The translations under genes were made by a program, and so were the position numbers. A DNA stretch of 64,000 nucleotides from positions 96,001 through 160,000 of the forward strand of contig JBEKWR010000003.1 in the NCBI GenBank assembly GCA_049512935.1, given 5' to 3'. The notes beneath the pieces were generated by a model. That model ran no database searches. It saw nothing but the letters and a program-made list of their open reading frames with translations, and was not told the origin of the DNA. This document shows, piece by piece, positions 8,683-18,993 of the stretch. The DNA comes from Candidatus Bathyarchaeia archaeon (GTDB taxonomy: Archaea; Thermoproteota; Bathyarchaeia; Bathyarchaeales; Bathycorpusculaceae). Positions within the stretch are counted from its first letter, which is position 1. The number at the start of each line of letters is the position of its first letter.

Positions 8683-10599
8683 TTAAAGCGCCTCCGGGAT
8701 TCCCCTGATTTTTGAATAATTAAACACGGGTCCATCCTTGCAAACATAGACTTGGTTGATCTGGCAGTGACCACATCTTCCAACTCCACACTTCATTCTT
8801 CTCTCCAAAGACATGATTATGTGATCGTCGGGAACGTTTCGTTTTTTTAAGTCAGCAATGACGAACTTGTACATGATTGGTGGACCGCAAATTACAGCGT
8901 ACGTTTTTTCGGGATCAAACTTTATTTGAGGAATAAGCGTTGTTATCACACCTATATTTGCCGACCAAGTTTCGGTTTCAGGGCAACTGTCGACTGTAGG
9001 CTTGAATTCTACGTCGTCTCTCTCGGCTAGTGCAAGAAGTTCATCAGCAAAAAGCAGATCCTTTGGCTCCTTACAGCCATAAAGCAAAATTACCTGGCCA
9101 TAGTCTTTTCGGTTATCAAGAACGTAATTGAATAATGACCGCAGCGGTGCAAGTCCCAGGCCGCCTGCCACAAAAAGCAGGTCTTTGCCTTTCAAGAATT
9201 CTGCATCAAATCCGTTTCCAAACGGTCCTCTTATTCCCACTTTGTCTCCGGCGTTAAGCGTGTGCAACTTCGTTGTTACGTTGCCTAGTTTACGAACGCA
9301 TATTTCAAACGTTTCTTTCTTTGTTGGCGGCGACGAAATGGAAATTGGCGCTTCGCCTATTCCAAAAACCGAAACTTCAACGAATTGTCCTGGTTTGTGA
9401 CCCAGAACCGAGCCATCGTCCAATTTGATTTCAAACAACGTTTCATTAGCCGTCATAGGCTGTTTCCTTACGATTGTTGCAAGCATAGGAACAAAGTCTA
9501 TGTTGCCTTCAGTTTGAATTTTAACTTCAGGCGTTGATACAGCAGTCACTTGCACGCCACTGTTCTGGTTTTCATGGTACATGTCATTGAAAAGATTGAC
9601 TGGGTTGGCAATGTTAGGAAGACAGTTCGAGGAGCACCGCCCGCAACCTACACACGAAACGAATCCGAATCGATCAAACAGATACTTGCCTTTCTTAAAG
9701 TATCTATGTCTATATCTGGTCGGTCTTGTTGGGCGGAAATTTTCACCTGAACTGATTTTCGCAAAATCTTCGATTAAGCATCCATCCCAAGTTCTCACTC
9801 GTTCGCCCTGTTCAAGGGACAAGTCAGGATTATCTTTAATATCAAAGCAGTAGCATGTGGGGCAAACAAGGACGCAGGAGCCGCAAGCTAAACATTTCTC
9901 AGAATGTTTCTCCCAGAAAGAACTGTCTCCGTAAAATTTACTCAGCATTTCAGGAATTAATTCTGGTGGAAGATCCAGCTTTTGTTGTGTCATCGCCATT
10001 ATTTCCCGCTTTTTCTGGCCGACCAGCTGGGTGTCTCTTGCAAGCGCATTATCAACGTTTTTTGCATACTTATCCAGGAGTGCCTCGCCTTTTTCCGAAC
10101 CAATACTGATGGCATACCTGTTTCCAAGATCCGTGAGCATAAGGTCATAGCCATACTCTACTGTGGCGCTGCCCATGTAATCTGCAAAGCACCATTTTGA
10201 CATTTTCACAATATTAACGCCGATAATTATCGATGCTTCCCGTTTTTCAAAATAGTACGGGTCTGATTTTGTTTCGCTAAAGACTTCATCCATGTGAAGA
10301 AGGGCTACTATATCATATGGGTGAACGCCGACTAGCACCATGGGCTTGATTTCAGATGGGCTTTTAGCAGAAAAACTCTTTCCCACATTATAAGTCACTA
10401 AAGTTTCTCTTTGGGGAAAGAAATACTTCTTAGGCGGAAGAAGAGTAACGTCATAATCCATTCGCAGTTCACTGGCAGACTCTAAAGGCCCGAAAGCGAA
10501 TTTATTGCCTTTCGCTTTGACACCTATAACGTTCAAAGATTCATCTTTTATCATGGAGTTGACAAAAAGAGCAAAGTTTTCTTTTGATATTATACGCAT
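8683..10599 (-). CDS. hydB/hydG: Fused sulfhydrogenase beta-gamma subunit (2x[4Fe-4S] + FAD/NAD(P)-binding + [2Fe-2S])
   Basis: N-half CLACGSCVLVCPTCYC and CVGCGRCSSNC; C-half PGQF, GEAPISISS, GPFGNGF, AGGLGLAP, ERRMKCGVGRCGHC; one 638-aa frame. Confidence 0.9.
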   Translation of the reverse strand: MRIISKENFALFVNSMIKDESLNVIGVKAKGNKFAFGPLESASELRMDYDVTLLPPKKYFFPQRETLVTYNVGKSFSAKSPSEIKPMVLVGVHPYDIVALLHMDEVFSETKSDPYYFEKREASIIIGVNIVKMSKWCFADYMGSATVEYGYDLMLTDLGNRYAISIGSEKGEALLDKYAKNVDNALARDTQLVGQKKREIMAMTQQKLDLPPELIPEMLSKFYGDSSFWEKHSEKCLACGSCVLVCPTCYCFDIKDNPDLSLEQGERVRTWDGCLIEDFAKISSGENFRPTRPTRYRHRYFKKGKYLFDRFGFVSCVGCGRCSSNCLPNIANPVNLFNDMYHENQNSGVQVTAVSTPEVKIQTEGNIDFVPMLATIVRKQPMTANETLFEIKLDDGSVLGHKPGQFVEVSVFGIGEAPISISSPPTKKETFEICVRKLGNVTTKLHTLNAGDKVGIRGPFGNGFDAEFLKGKDLLFVAGGLGLAPLRSLFNYVLDNRKDYGQVILLYGCKEPKDLLFADELLALAERDDVEFKPTVDSCPETETWSANIGVITTLIPQIKFDPEKTYAVICGPPIMYKFVIADLKKRNVPDDHIIMSLERRMKCGVGRCGHCQINQVYVCKDGPVFNYSKIRGIPEAL

Positions 10600-10872
10600 T
10601 TCATCGCTTCCAGATTGCTGAGAATAAGCAATTTTTTTTTGTAATAGTACATGAAAAGGTAAAGATGCACATATAATTCTTTTCCTAAAAAAGGACTATC
10701 TACCGAAAAACGTGTTTGAGCAGTCCAAAACCAAACGAATTATTTACGGTCAAGATCAAGTTTTGTGGCTAATTGCCTTAGAAACATCGTCTATCTGCCC
10801 TTTAGACTTTTATACTAGGATTTCTGTAGTGGTGCGGTGTGGTTCCATTGAATTTAAAGGAGGATCAAACCA

Positions 10873-11361
10873 TTGTCTGAAATGGACCAGAGACGTTCAA
10901 CGTTGGAAAAAGTTTTGAAAGAACACAATTACCAAGAAAGCGCTCTTTTAGAAATACTGCATCGCGCCCAAGAAATTTACGGCTATTTAGATAAGGATTT
11001 GCTTATGGACATTTCTGGGTCGCTTAACATTCCGCCGAGCCATGTTTACGGCGTAGCAACTTTCTACAGCTTCTTCAAATTTAAACAGCCCGGGCAACAC
11101 ATCGTCACTGGTTGCTTAGGAACCGCTTGCTACGTGAAAGAAGTTGAACAGATTTTTGAGGCTGTTGAAAAAGAATTTAACGTCAAACGCGGCGGAGAAA
11201 CTTCAGATGGAAAGCTTTCCCTTCTTGTCACGCGGTGCATCGGCGCGTGCGCTATGGCACCGAACGTCGTGATTGATGATGACGTGGTGGGTAGAGCCAC
11301 AAAAGAAATAGTTATTGCAAGAATAAAGGCTGTTCTTGGAGGGATTAAACCTGAAAGTTGA
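10873..11361 (+). CDS. hoxE: HoxE/NuoE-like diaphorase subunit
   Basis: VYGVATFY, CLGTAC, RCIGACAMAP. Confidence 0.9.
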   Translation: MSEMDQRRSTLEKVLKEHNYQESALLEILHRAQEIYGYLDKDLLMDISGSLNIPPSHVYGVATFYSFFKFKQPGQHIVTGCLGTACYVKEVEQIFEAVEKEFNVKRGGETSDGKLSLLVTRCIGACAMAPNVVIDDDVVGRATKEIVIARIKAVLGGIKPES

Positions 11362-12997
11362 TGATATTCAAAAAATAGCTGAGCATGAAATTGATTTTCA
11401 AAGGGCATACAAGTACCGGATTAATGTTTGCTGCTCAAGCGGATGCGTTCCTTTCGGAGCGCTCAAAGTCCTGAAAGCTTTCGAAGATGCGGTTAAGGAG
11501 TTAGGCGTGGACAAGGAATGCAAAGTTGCACGCACAGGCTGCATCGGCACATGCTCTGTCGGTCCCGCAGTTTTGATTGAGCCCGGTGACTACCTTTACC
11601 AGAGCGTTACCCCTGAAGCTGTGAGGGAGATTGTCCGTGACCACATAGTTCTCGATTTACCAGTAAAAGAAATGCTTTACAAGAATGAGGCGTACTTCAA
11701 AAAGCAGCATCGGCTTGTTTTAAGGAACGCTGGAAAAATTGACCCCCTGAGAATTCAAGATTACATTTCTGCAGGCGGCTACTCCGCAATTGCTAAGTGC
11801 TTAACATCCATGACTCCGCAAGCCGTAATCGCTGAGGTGGTGGCTAGCGGTCTTCGAGGCAGAGGCGGCGCAGGCTTCCCAACAGGGCAAAAATGGACTT
11901 TAGTATCAAGGGCGCAGAACACTCCCAAGTACATAGTTGCCAACCTCGACGAAGGAGACCCAGGCGTATTCGCAAACCGAACCTTGGCAGAAGCTGACCC
12001 GCACGCCATCATCGAAGGCATGCTTATTGCCGCATTCGCGATCGGCGCGGAAAAAGGCTACATTTACATTAGGTCCGAGTACCCGTTAGCCATCCAAACC
12101 TTGGTGAAGGCTATCGCTCAGGCAAAGGCAATGTCACTTCTCGGCGACAACATCTTAGAAACCAACTTTAAATTCGACCTTGAACTCCGATTTGGCGCAG
12201 GCGCGTTTGTCGCAGGAGAAGAAACAGCAATTCTCGCCTCAGTGGAGGGACAAAGAGCTATGCCTCGTCCGCGTCCACCGTACCCGGCGAACTCTGGTTT
12301 ATGGAAGAAACCCACGCTTATCCAGAACGTTGAAACATTCGCAAACATACCTCAAATCATACAAAACGGGGGCGCATGGTTCGCGAAAACAGGCACTCCG
12401 AAATGCGCGGGAACCAAATGCTTCTCGCTTACGGGTAAAGTTAACAATCCAGGCTTAATTGAAGTGCCGATGGGAATCACGCTGAGAGAAGTCGTGTTCG
12501 AAATCGGCGGCGGCGTGGCTGAAGGAAGGAAATTCAAGGCTGTCCTAGTGGGCGGACCCTCAGGCGGCTGCCTACCTGACACGTTGCTGGACCTCCCAAT
12601 TGACTATGAGTCACTGACGAAGGCTGGAGCAATCATGGGCTCAGGCGGCATCGTAGTGCTTGACGACGAATCATGCATGGTTGACACGGCTAGGTTCTTC
12701 ACTGACTTCTGCGTTGAAGAATCATGCGGCAAATGCACGCCCTGCCGAGCTGGCTTAGCCCGAGTCAAAGAAATATATGACCAAATTTCAACGGGCAACG
12801 GCAAAATGGACGACATCGCCACTCTGGAGAAGGCAGGGGTCTACATTCGAGATGCGAGCCTTTGCGGTCTGGGGCAAACAGCGCCTAACCCGGTTCTGAC
12901 TACGCTTCGGTACTTCAAAGATGAGTACGTTAAACACATCGTTGAAAAGAAATGTGAAGCAGGTAAATGCTTCAAGAAGCATGGGGAGGAGGAATAA
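11336..12997 (+). CDS. hoxF: HoxF diaphorase flavoprotein with N-terminal [2Fe-2S] domain
   Basis: GLRGRGGAGFPTG, DEGDPG, GEETA, ESCGKCTPCR, LCGLG; N-terminal CCSSGC...GCIGTC. Confidence 0.92.
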   Translation: MEGLNLKVDDIQKIAEHEIDFQRAYKYRINVCCSSGCVPFGALKVLKAFEDAVKELGVDKECKVARTGCIGTCSVGPAVLIEPGDYLYQSVTPEAVREIVRDHIVLDLPVKEMLYKNEAYFKKQHRLVLRNAGKIDPLRIQDYISAGGYSAIAKCLTSMTPQAVIAEVVASGLRGRGGAGFPTGQKWTLVSRAQNTPKYIVANLDEGDPGVFANRTLAEADPHAIIEGMLIAAFAIGAEKGYIYIRSEYPLAIQTLVKAIAQAKAMSLLGDNILETNFKFDLELRFGAGAFVAGEETAILASVEGQRAMPRPRPPYPANSGLWKKPTLIQNVETFANIPQIIQNGGAWFAKTGTPKCAGTKCFSLTGKVNNPGLIEVPMGITLREVVFEIGGGVAEGRKFKAVLVGGPSGGCLPDTLLDLPIDYESLTKAGAIMGSGGIVVLDDESCMVDTARFFTDFCVEESCGKCTPCRAGLARVKEIYDQISTGNGKMDDIATLEKAGVYIRDASLCGLGQTAPNPVLTTLRYFKDEYVKHIVEKKCEAGKCFKKHGEEE

Positions 12998-12999
12998 AC

Positions 13000-13710
13000 G
13001 TGAGCGCACCCAACACTTTGAAACTTAAGATTGACGGTGTCGAAGTTTCAGTTCCTGAAGGCACCACTATCCTGGAAGCGGCTAAATCCAATGGCATCAT
13101 AATTCCAACGTTATGCTCGCTTGAAGGTTTAATCCCTTACGGCGGCTGCCGACTATGCCTCGTTGAAATCAGCGGCTCACCAAAGCTTTTCCCTGCGTGC
13201 ACCACGCCCGTTGGACCTAACATGGAAATCACAACCAAGTCGGAGAGGCTTAAAGATTGCCGCAAGATGGCTGTTCAACTGCTGATGTCCGAGCGGGTTC
13301 ACATATGCTCGGTCTGTGTTGCTAACGATCACTGCGAACTGCAAGCCATGGCTAAGGAGCTTGGAGTTGACCATGTGATGTTTGAGAGGAACTGGACTCG
13401 TGACCCCGTCGATTCCACTCATGACTTCTTGGTCATTGATAGGAACAGGTGCATTCTATGTACCCGTTGCATTCGTGTCTGCGACCAGATTGAAGGCGTC
13501 CACACGCTTGACCTTAAGCTGCGGGGGAAGGACACTGAGGTAATTATGGATCTTGATGAGCACTGGGCGAATTCTTGCTCATGCACATCCTGCCGCAAAT
13601 GCGCGAAGGTCTGCCCTGTGGGAGCCATATACATCGAGGGAGAACCCATTGACCATACTAAGCGTAAAGATATCGCCGAGTTCATCTTGGCGAGGAGGCA
13701 ACGCAAATGA
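13000..13710 (+). CDS. hoxU: HoxU Fe-S subunit
   Basis: IPTLC, CRLCLVE, HICSVCVANDHCELQ, CILCTRCIRVC, CTSCRKCAKVCP; GTG start after GGAGG. Confidence 0.92.
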   Translation: MSAPNTLKLKIDGVEVSVPEGTTILEAAKSNGIIIPTLCSLEGLIPYGGCRLCLVEISGSPKLFPACTTPVGPNMEITTKSERLKDCRKMAVQLLMSERVHICSVCVANDHCELQAMAKELGVDHVMFERNWTRDPVDSTHDFLVIDRNRCILCTRCIRVCDQIEGVHTLDLKLRGKDTEVIMDLDEHWANSCSCTSCRKCAKVCPVGAIYIEGEPIDHTKRKDIAEFILARRQRK

Positions 13711-14249
13711 CCGCGAACGCGAAGGTTAGAGTCGCCACGGTTTGGCTTAGCGGCTGCGCAGGCTGTCACATGTCGTTCCTAGATCAAGACGAGCGGCTTG
13801 TGGATCTAGCTCAGAAAATCCAGCTGGTTTACAGCCCCATCGCCGATGTGAAGGAGTTTCCAGAAAACGTTGATGTCACGCTCATCGAAGGCGCGATTGC
13901 GAACGAAGAGCAGCTTCACATGCTTCAGAAGGTGAGAGCCCGAACCAAAGTCTTGATATCGCTCGGCGACTGCGCGGTGACGGGAAACGTGGCTGCACTG
14001 AGAAACTCGTGGCGCCACAGCGATCGAGCCGTGCTGGAGCGGGCGTACAAGCAGAAGTCTGATTTGAACGCTGCGATCCCAACTGATGTGCCGAAGCTTC
14101 TGATTAAGGCTCGTCCACTGCATGAAGCCGTCAAAGTTGACTTCTACATACCGGGATGCCCGCCGCACGCGGACCTGATCAACTACGTGATAACCGAATT
14201 GCTGGCAGGTAAGACGCCAAGAATGGAGGGTAAAACAAAATATGGTTAA
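13707..14249 (+). CDS. hoxY: Group 3d hydrogenase small subunit
   Basis: WLSGCAGCHMSFLD, GDCAVTGNV, PGCPP; short single-cluster form. Confidence 0.92.
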   Translation: MTANAKVRVATVWLSGCAGCHMSFLDQDERLVDLAQKIQLVYSPIADVKEFPENVDVTLIEGAIANEEQLHMLQKVRARTKVLISLGDCAVTGNVAALRNSWRHSDRAVLERAYKQKSDLNAAIPTDVPKLLIKARPLHEAVKVDFYIPGCPPHADLINYVITELLAGKTPRMEGKTKYG

Positions 14250-15687
14250 AGAAGAAAAAGACAGCAAGCAAATCGTAATCAGCCCCATCACCAGAATAGA
14301 GGGGCACGCTCAAGTATCCATCTGCCTAAACAACGATGATTCCGTCAAAGAAGCAAGGTTCCAGGTTGTTGACTTCAGAGGCTTCGAAAAATTCACTGAA
14401 GGGCGACCTTTCTACGAGATGCCCAGCATAACGTCCCGAGCCTGCGGAATCTGCCCAGTGAGCCACCTGCTTGCTTCTGCCAAAGCTTGCGACGCCATCG
14501 TCGGAGTTAGCCCGCCACCCGCCGCCATAAAACTGCGCCGCTTAATGCACATGGGACAGATGATTCAGTCGCACGCATTGAACTTCTATTATCTCTCTGC
14601 GCCTGACCTGATGCTTGGCTTCGACTCTGACCCAGCGGCAAGAAACGTTTTCGGGCTTATAGAGAAGGATCCGAAGCTGGCGTTGCAGGGTGTTAAGCTT
14701 CGAAAGTTCGGTCAAGAAATAATCGAGAAGATCGCTGGCAAGCGGGTACATTCAAGCGAGTGGATTCTTCCAGGCGGAGCCAAATGGCCTCTGAGCAGGG
14801 AAAAAGCGGATTATTTGAAGTGTAATTTGCCTGAGGCGCTTGACGGTGCGGAAAAGACGCTTGCACTCTACAAGGAGTGGCTGAAGAACTTTGATGAGGA
14901 AGTGGAGAACTTCGGGAATTTCCCAAGCTACTACATGGGTCTGGTAACTCCGACGGGTGGGCTTGAACACTACGACGGCACGTTGACCATTATGGACAAG
15001 GACGGCAAAGTCGTTGCGCAGTGCGTTGACCCGACAACTTACAGCGACTTCATAGGTGAAGCTGTTGAACCCTACTCGTTCATGAAGTTCCCGTACTTCA
15101 AAGCGGTCGGGTACCCAGACGGTTTCTATCGTGTCGGACCCTTAGCGCGAATGAACGTTGCGTCACACTGCGGCACGCCTCTTGCAGACTTGGAGCTTAA
15201 GGAGTTCAAGAAGTTGGGCAGGAACGGCGTTGTCCAAAGCACCTTCCATTACCACTACGCGCGGCTGATTGAGTTGCTGTTCTGCGTTGAAAAGGCGAAG
15301 GAGCTGCTGGAAGACCCAGAGATTCTCTCCGAGCACGTTACGTCGAAGGCTTTGGTGAACCATTACGAGGGCGTCGGCGTGGCTGAGGCGCCAAGAGGCA
15401 CCCTTATTCATCATTACAAGGTCGACAAGGAAGGCATGATAACTTGGAACAACATGATCATCGCGACGGAGCACAACAACATCGCCTACAACAGGGCGGT
15501 AACTCAGGTTGCAAAGAAGTACGTGAAGGCGAAGACGCTTGAGGAAGGCATGCTTAACCGCGTTGAAGCCGTAATCCGCGCTTTCGACCCGTGCCTGAGC
15601 TGCGCGACCCACGCGGTCGGTCAGATGCCGCTGGACATAAAACTGTTCGACGCCGACGGCAAGCTGGTTGACCGCAAGGTCAGGTAA
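14242..15687 (+). CDS. hoxH: Group 3d [NiFe]-hydrogenase large subunit
   Basis: [45 protein letters not shown]. Confidence 0.92.
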   Translation: MVKEEKDSKQIVISPITRIEGHAQVSICLNNDDSVKEARFQVVDFRGFEKFTEGRPFYEMPSITSRACGICPVSHLLASAKACDAIVGVSPPPAAIKLRRLMHMGQMIQSHALNFYYLSAPDLMLGFDSDPAARNVFGLIEKDPKLALQGVKLRKFGQEIIEKIAGKRVHSSEWILPGGAKWPLSREKADYLKCNLPEALDGAEKTLALYKEWLKNFDEEVENFGNFPSYYMGLVTPTGGLEHYDGTLTIMDKDGKVVAQCVDPTTYSDFIGEAVEPYSFMKFPYFKAVGYPDGFYRVGPLARMNVASHCGTPLADLELKEFKKLGRNGVVQSTFHYHYARLIELLFCVEKAKELLEDPEILSEHVTSKALVNHYEGVGVAEAPRGTLIHHYKVDKEGMITWNNMIIATEHNNIAYNRAVTQVAKKYVKAKTLEEGMLNRVEAVIRAFDPCLSCATHAVGQMPLDIKLFDADGKLVDRKVR

Positions 15688-15719
15688 GCCGCTCTCCTTT
15701 TCCTCTTTCTTTTCAACCA

Positions 15720-15825
15720 TTTTTACAATGGGTTTTTGTTGTAAATAGTAGACCCCCTCCCCTCTGTCAGCTTGATTTGACGGGGCTTGCTTCTTGTTGG
15801 TTTTTTGGTTCTGACTAAAATCCAT
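15720..15825 (+). repeat. Degenerate dispersed intergenic element, copy 1
   Basis: Aligns by eye with the reverse complement of 53001-53104. Confidence 0.5.
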
Positions 15826-16020
15826 GCAGAATCAACTGCCGCGAAACGCATGAAAGGGAGGTTTTTTCGGCTTGAGTTTTGGAATATTCCAAAACATTTT
15901 TTTGGAAATACAGCAATCCCGATTTTCGGATAGCAATCTCTGCTGCACAACACCTCAAGCGGCTCATGCGTCTCGCATCAAAGCTTTTAAGCCCACAACT
16001 CACAGTAGCATGCGGTACCT

Positions 16021-16608
16021 ATGGGATTCCTAAAGAAGCTGGAAGAGCATTTAGTCGCTCCAAAAGCAGACGTCAACCTGCAACTCACCGACCAATACGC
16101 CGTCTTGGGCGACAATTTGGAAGGAATGTTCACGGTTACGCCGCACGAAGACATAGAGGCAGATGAAATCCGCTGCGAAATCAAATGCACGGAAACCGCG
16201 CAGGTCACGCGAACCGAGTATGACCCTGCGCTCAAGATGGTGGTTAAGCGGCAAGTAACCGAAAATCGGGTTCTCTACCAAGCAAAACCCCCATGCAACC
16301 CAGCCACCCATCTAGCTAACGGCGTCAGCAACGCCTTTAGGTTCAGCGTAGGCATCCCCGCTGGTGCACGCCCAACCTTCATGTCCGCAGGCGACACGGT
16401 TCAGTGGGAAATCAAAGGAGTCGTCGCCGTCCACGGAAGACCCGACGTAACCACCAAAGAGATTCAGTTCCAAGTCATACCGCAAAACGAAAAACCAGCA
16501 AACGAACCGCCAGAAGCACGGCTTGTCGCATGCCAATACTGCCAAACGGAAATGCCTGAAACCACGCTTACCTGCCCAAACTGCGGAGCAAGAAGAACCG
16601 CCCAATAA
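16021..16608 (+). CDS. SpoOM/arrestin-fold-like protein with C-terminal zinc ribbon
   Basis: MGFLKK start, LGDNLEG, FRFSVGIP, VQWEIKG, GRPD; CQYC...CPNC. Confidence 0.6.
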   Translation: MGFLKKLEEHLVAPKADVNLQLTDQYAVLGDNLEGMFTVTPHEDIEADEIRCEIKCTETAQVTRTEYDPALKMVVKRQVTENRVLYQAKPPCNPATHLANGVSNAFRFSVGIPAGARPTFMSAGDTVQWEIKGVVAVHGRPDVTTKEIQFQVIPQNEKPANEPPEARLVACQYCQTEMPETTLTCPNCGARRTAQ

Positions 16609-17113
16609 ACCATAATTTCCCATATTTCCCGATGCCAAGAGGAGCCATCATAAAGAATTCTGAATGCACAATCCACATCATGTTCAAAGGCAGATGGACA
16701 CAGAAGTTCCGAAGGGAAGCGGATGGCTGAAAAGAATACAGCCAGAACGGCACAGTTCGCCCATGCACCGCGGAACAGTTCATCTCCCCATATCCTTCCT
16801 CCCTTGGCTGGAATTTAAGGACCAGACGTCACGGTCAAAGCCGCGCACGATTCAAAAACCAAGTCGTAGATATGTGGTGCGACCTATATAACGAGAAAAA
16901 ATTACTTCAAAACGTCCCCTTTTCTTTCTGAGCGATTGTGTTTACGTTGCAGAAGATTGTTTCAAACCCGCTCTTTTTGTTGTAATGTCTCCATTCTCCA
17001 CGCTTCTATTTTTGCCCTGTTGACCTTTCTTAGGAATTTTTTAATCAGTACGTATTTTGCGTTAAACCCCAAATTATTTATAGGTGTTACAAAGCGTTAT
17101 AACATGGAGAACC

Positions 17114-17551
17114 ATGTCTGTAAACATGACGTGTAAAGATTTCATTTTGGCAACTGTTCTCAATTCTGGAGGCACTTTTGAATCAGCCACAAAATTGCAG
17201 AAATTAGCTTTTCTTTCAATCTATGAAAATGGAATGGAATGTTTCGCTGAATTCCATTGGCATTATTACGGGCCATTCTCCAGAGAGTTGGAAGATGCAA
17301 TAGAAGACTTGAAGCGAGAAGAATTGTTGGTTGAGCAATCATTAAACCGAACCAGTTACTCTGGAAACGAGTACACAGTAAAAAAGCTCAGTCTTACACC
17401 TAGGGGAAAGGCCGTTGCCAGTATTATAATAACTGAAATGAGCGCAAAAAACAAGGCAGCTCTAGATGATACGATGGATGAATATGGCAGTAAGCCCTTA
17501 AGCAAGATACTTGAGTATGTATACAATGCATATAATCCAGAAGATCTGTAG
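17114..17551 (+). CDS. Panacea/SocA (DUF4065)/YwgA-like protein
   Basis: TKLQKLAFL and FHWHYYGPFS motifs, LTPRG wing, ILEYVY; AT-rich. Confidence 0.75.
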   Translation: MSVNMTCKDFILATVLNSGGTFESATKLQKLAFLSIYENGMECFAEFHWHYYGPFSRELEDAIEDLKREELLVEQSLNRTSYSGNEYTVKKLSLTPRGKAVASIIITEMSAKNKAALDDTMDEYGSKPLSKILEYVYNAYNPEDL

Positions 17552-17563
17552 GCGGGGATTTTT

Positions 17564-18130
17564 GTGCAACTAATTGAACTGCAGGGTTTGCTTCAAGACT
17601 ACTCCTTGCATTACTTTGTCAGCACGTCCAGGGTCCTTGAGGTAGACGAGAAGCGACTAATTTGCGACACTGAAAAATCATTGACCTCTGAAGTAAGAAA
17701 TTATTTGTCGAATTTGACTGACTTAATAACCCATACACATGAATTTGTCAGCGAGAATGCTCTAAGTGTGCGTTCTTACCTATCAAGACTAATAGGAACT
17801 GCTGAATCGCTAAAAACATTGGTGCAACAATGCGAAGATACGTCAAATGTTTTTGAAAGTGAGCTAAAATGGGTTAAAGCCTTGGCTGTTCGAGGAATGA
17901 TTACGATATTGAATAATATCGTTCAAGAACTATCAATTGTAAGAAACCAATTAAAGAATTCGCGACTTGTGAGGAAAGCCAGAGATAAGGTTTGCATGAT
18001 TATCTGGGAAAAAATCCCACAAATATTTAACATTTTATCCATAATGATTGGAATCGAGATGGGCCAGTCTTCGCCATCTGAGATCGTTGATGCGATAGGC
18101 AATGGTCTTGTTATTTCCGAGATAACTTAG
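17564..18130 (+). CDS. Hypothetical helical protein
   Basis: 188-aa ORF tightly packed between neighbours; amphipathic helical pattern. Confidence 0.7.
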   Translation: MQLIELQGLLQDYSLHYFVSTSRVLEVDEKRLICDTEKSLTSEVRNYLSNLTDLITHTHEFVSENALSVRSYLSRLIGTAESLKTLVQQCEDTSNVFESELKWVKALAVRGMITILNNIVQELSIVRNQLKNSRLVRKARDKVCMIIWEKIPQIFNILSIMIGIEMGQSSPSEIVDAIGNGLVISEIT

Positions 18131-18140
18131 AGGCAAATAG

Positions 18141-18929
18141 ATGACCAATGAGCTGAAATTCGTTCCTGACTCCCAAATTATCTATCCTAGCATTTTCTTG
18201 GCTTCAAGTACGAAAATCAGCTTCCGTGCTTGTCAATATAGGGATTGCTTTAATATTTTAAAAGAGCATTACAACTATGTAATTTTACCCGCAAGCAAAA
18301 GTGATTTCAGCACCCTTATCCTAAAGAAATTTCGCAGATTTCTTGAAATTGTCGAAAATGAAATCTCAAAAGCTAGACAAAATAAGTCTACGGAAATAGA
18401 GTTTTACAAAAAGACCTACGGCCTGTTGAAAAGTTTAGATGCTTTCGGTAAAAGTTTAGGCGATTTGCTTCTATTCTGGGATGCTAACAAAGAAATCTTT
18501 TGGTCATTCGTTTCTTTAGATTACGTTCTAACGCAAACCAGAATGACAAACATGACGCTTGAAAAAATGGCCGAGTTTTCCAAAATATGTAGAGGTCATG
18601 AGGAACAGTTCAGCGAAGAAGAGGCAAGCTTGAGTCAAGGTCTTTACCTTGTAATAAAAGAAGCCAGAGATAAAAAGTTAGTAACTAGCTTTGCCAATGA
18701 CGCCGACTTGTTGATTCTTGCGGACTGTTTTGTTTACAAAAATATGCGATTCTTTGAAGGCTTCATGTATTTGGTTACAGGGGATGATGGCTTACACAGA
18801 ATTGCTGAAGAAATTGTGAAAAAGCCAAAAACCATTTTCCCCGATGATTTTACGGATACAGACAGATACGTGGGCTTTGAGCCATTAAAACCTGATTTAT
18901 TCCTTACTCGATTCAAAAAGCCGAAATAG
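18141..18929 (+). CDS. Putative PIN-like domain protein with large insertion
   Basis: FVPDSQII, DADLLILAD and LVTGDDGL match PIN acidic-residue spacing. Confidence 0.6.
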   Translation: MTNELKFVPDSQIIYPSIFLASSTKISFRACQYRDCFNILKEHYNYVILPASKSDFSTLILKKFRRFLEIVENEISKARQNKSTEIEFYKKTYGLLKSLDAFGKSLGDLLLFWDANKEIFWSFVSLDYVLTQTRMTNMTLEKMAEFSKICRGHEEQFSEEEASLSQGLYLVIKEARDKKLVTSFANDADLLILADCFVYKNMRFFEGFMYLVTGDDGLHRIAEEIVKKPKTIFPDDFTDTDRYVGFEPLKPDLFLTRFKKPK

Positions 18930-18993
18930 CTGTTTATGTCTGTTGGTTAGACACAAACTGAGTTTTTTGTTCAACATCCCCCTACTTATGGGA

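Noticed and set aside
10600-10872. SurR-type GTT-N3-AAC sites between the hydrogenase operons
   Set aside because: No convincing match found by eye.
15163-15825. Long antisense ORFs (also 31530-32150, 35318-35986, 54110-54643, 60821-61327)
   Set aside because: Shadows of well-supported genes on the opposite strand, with no motifs of their own.
16620-17080. Short ORFs or an ncRNA before the AT-rich module
   Set aside because: Several overlapping frames, none with a recognisable motif, and no convincing structure.
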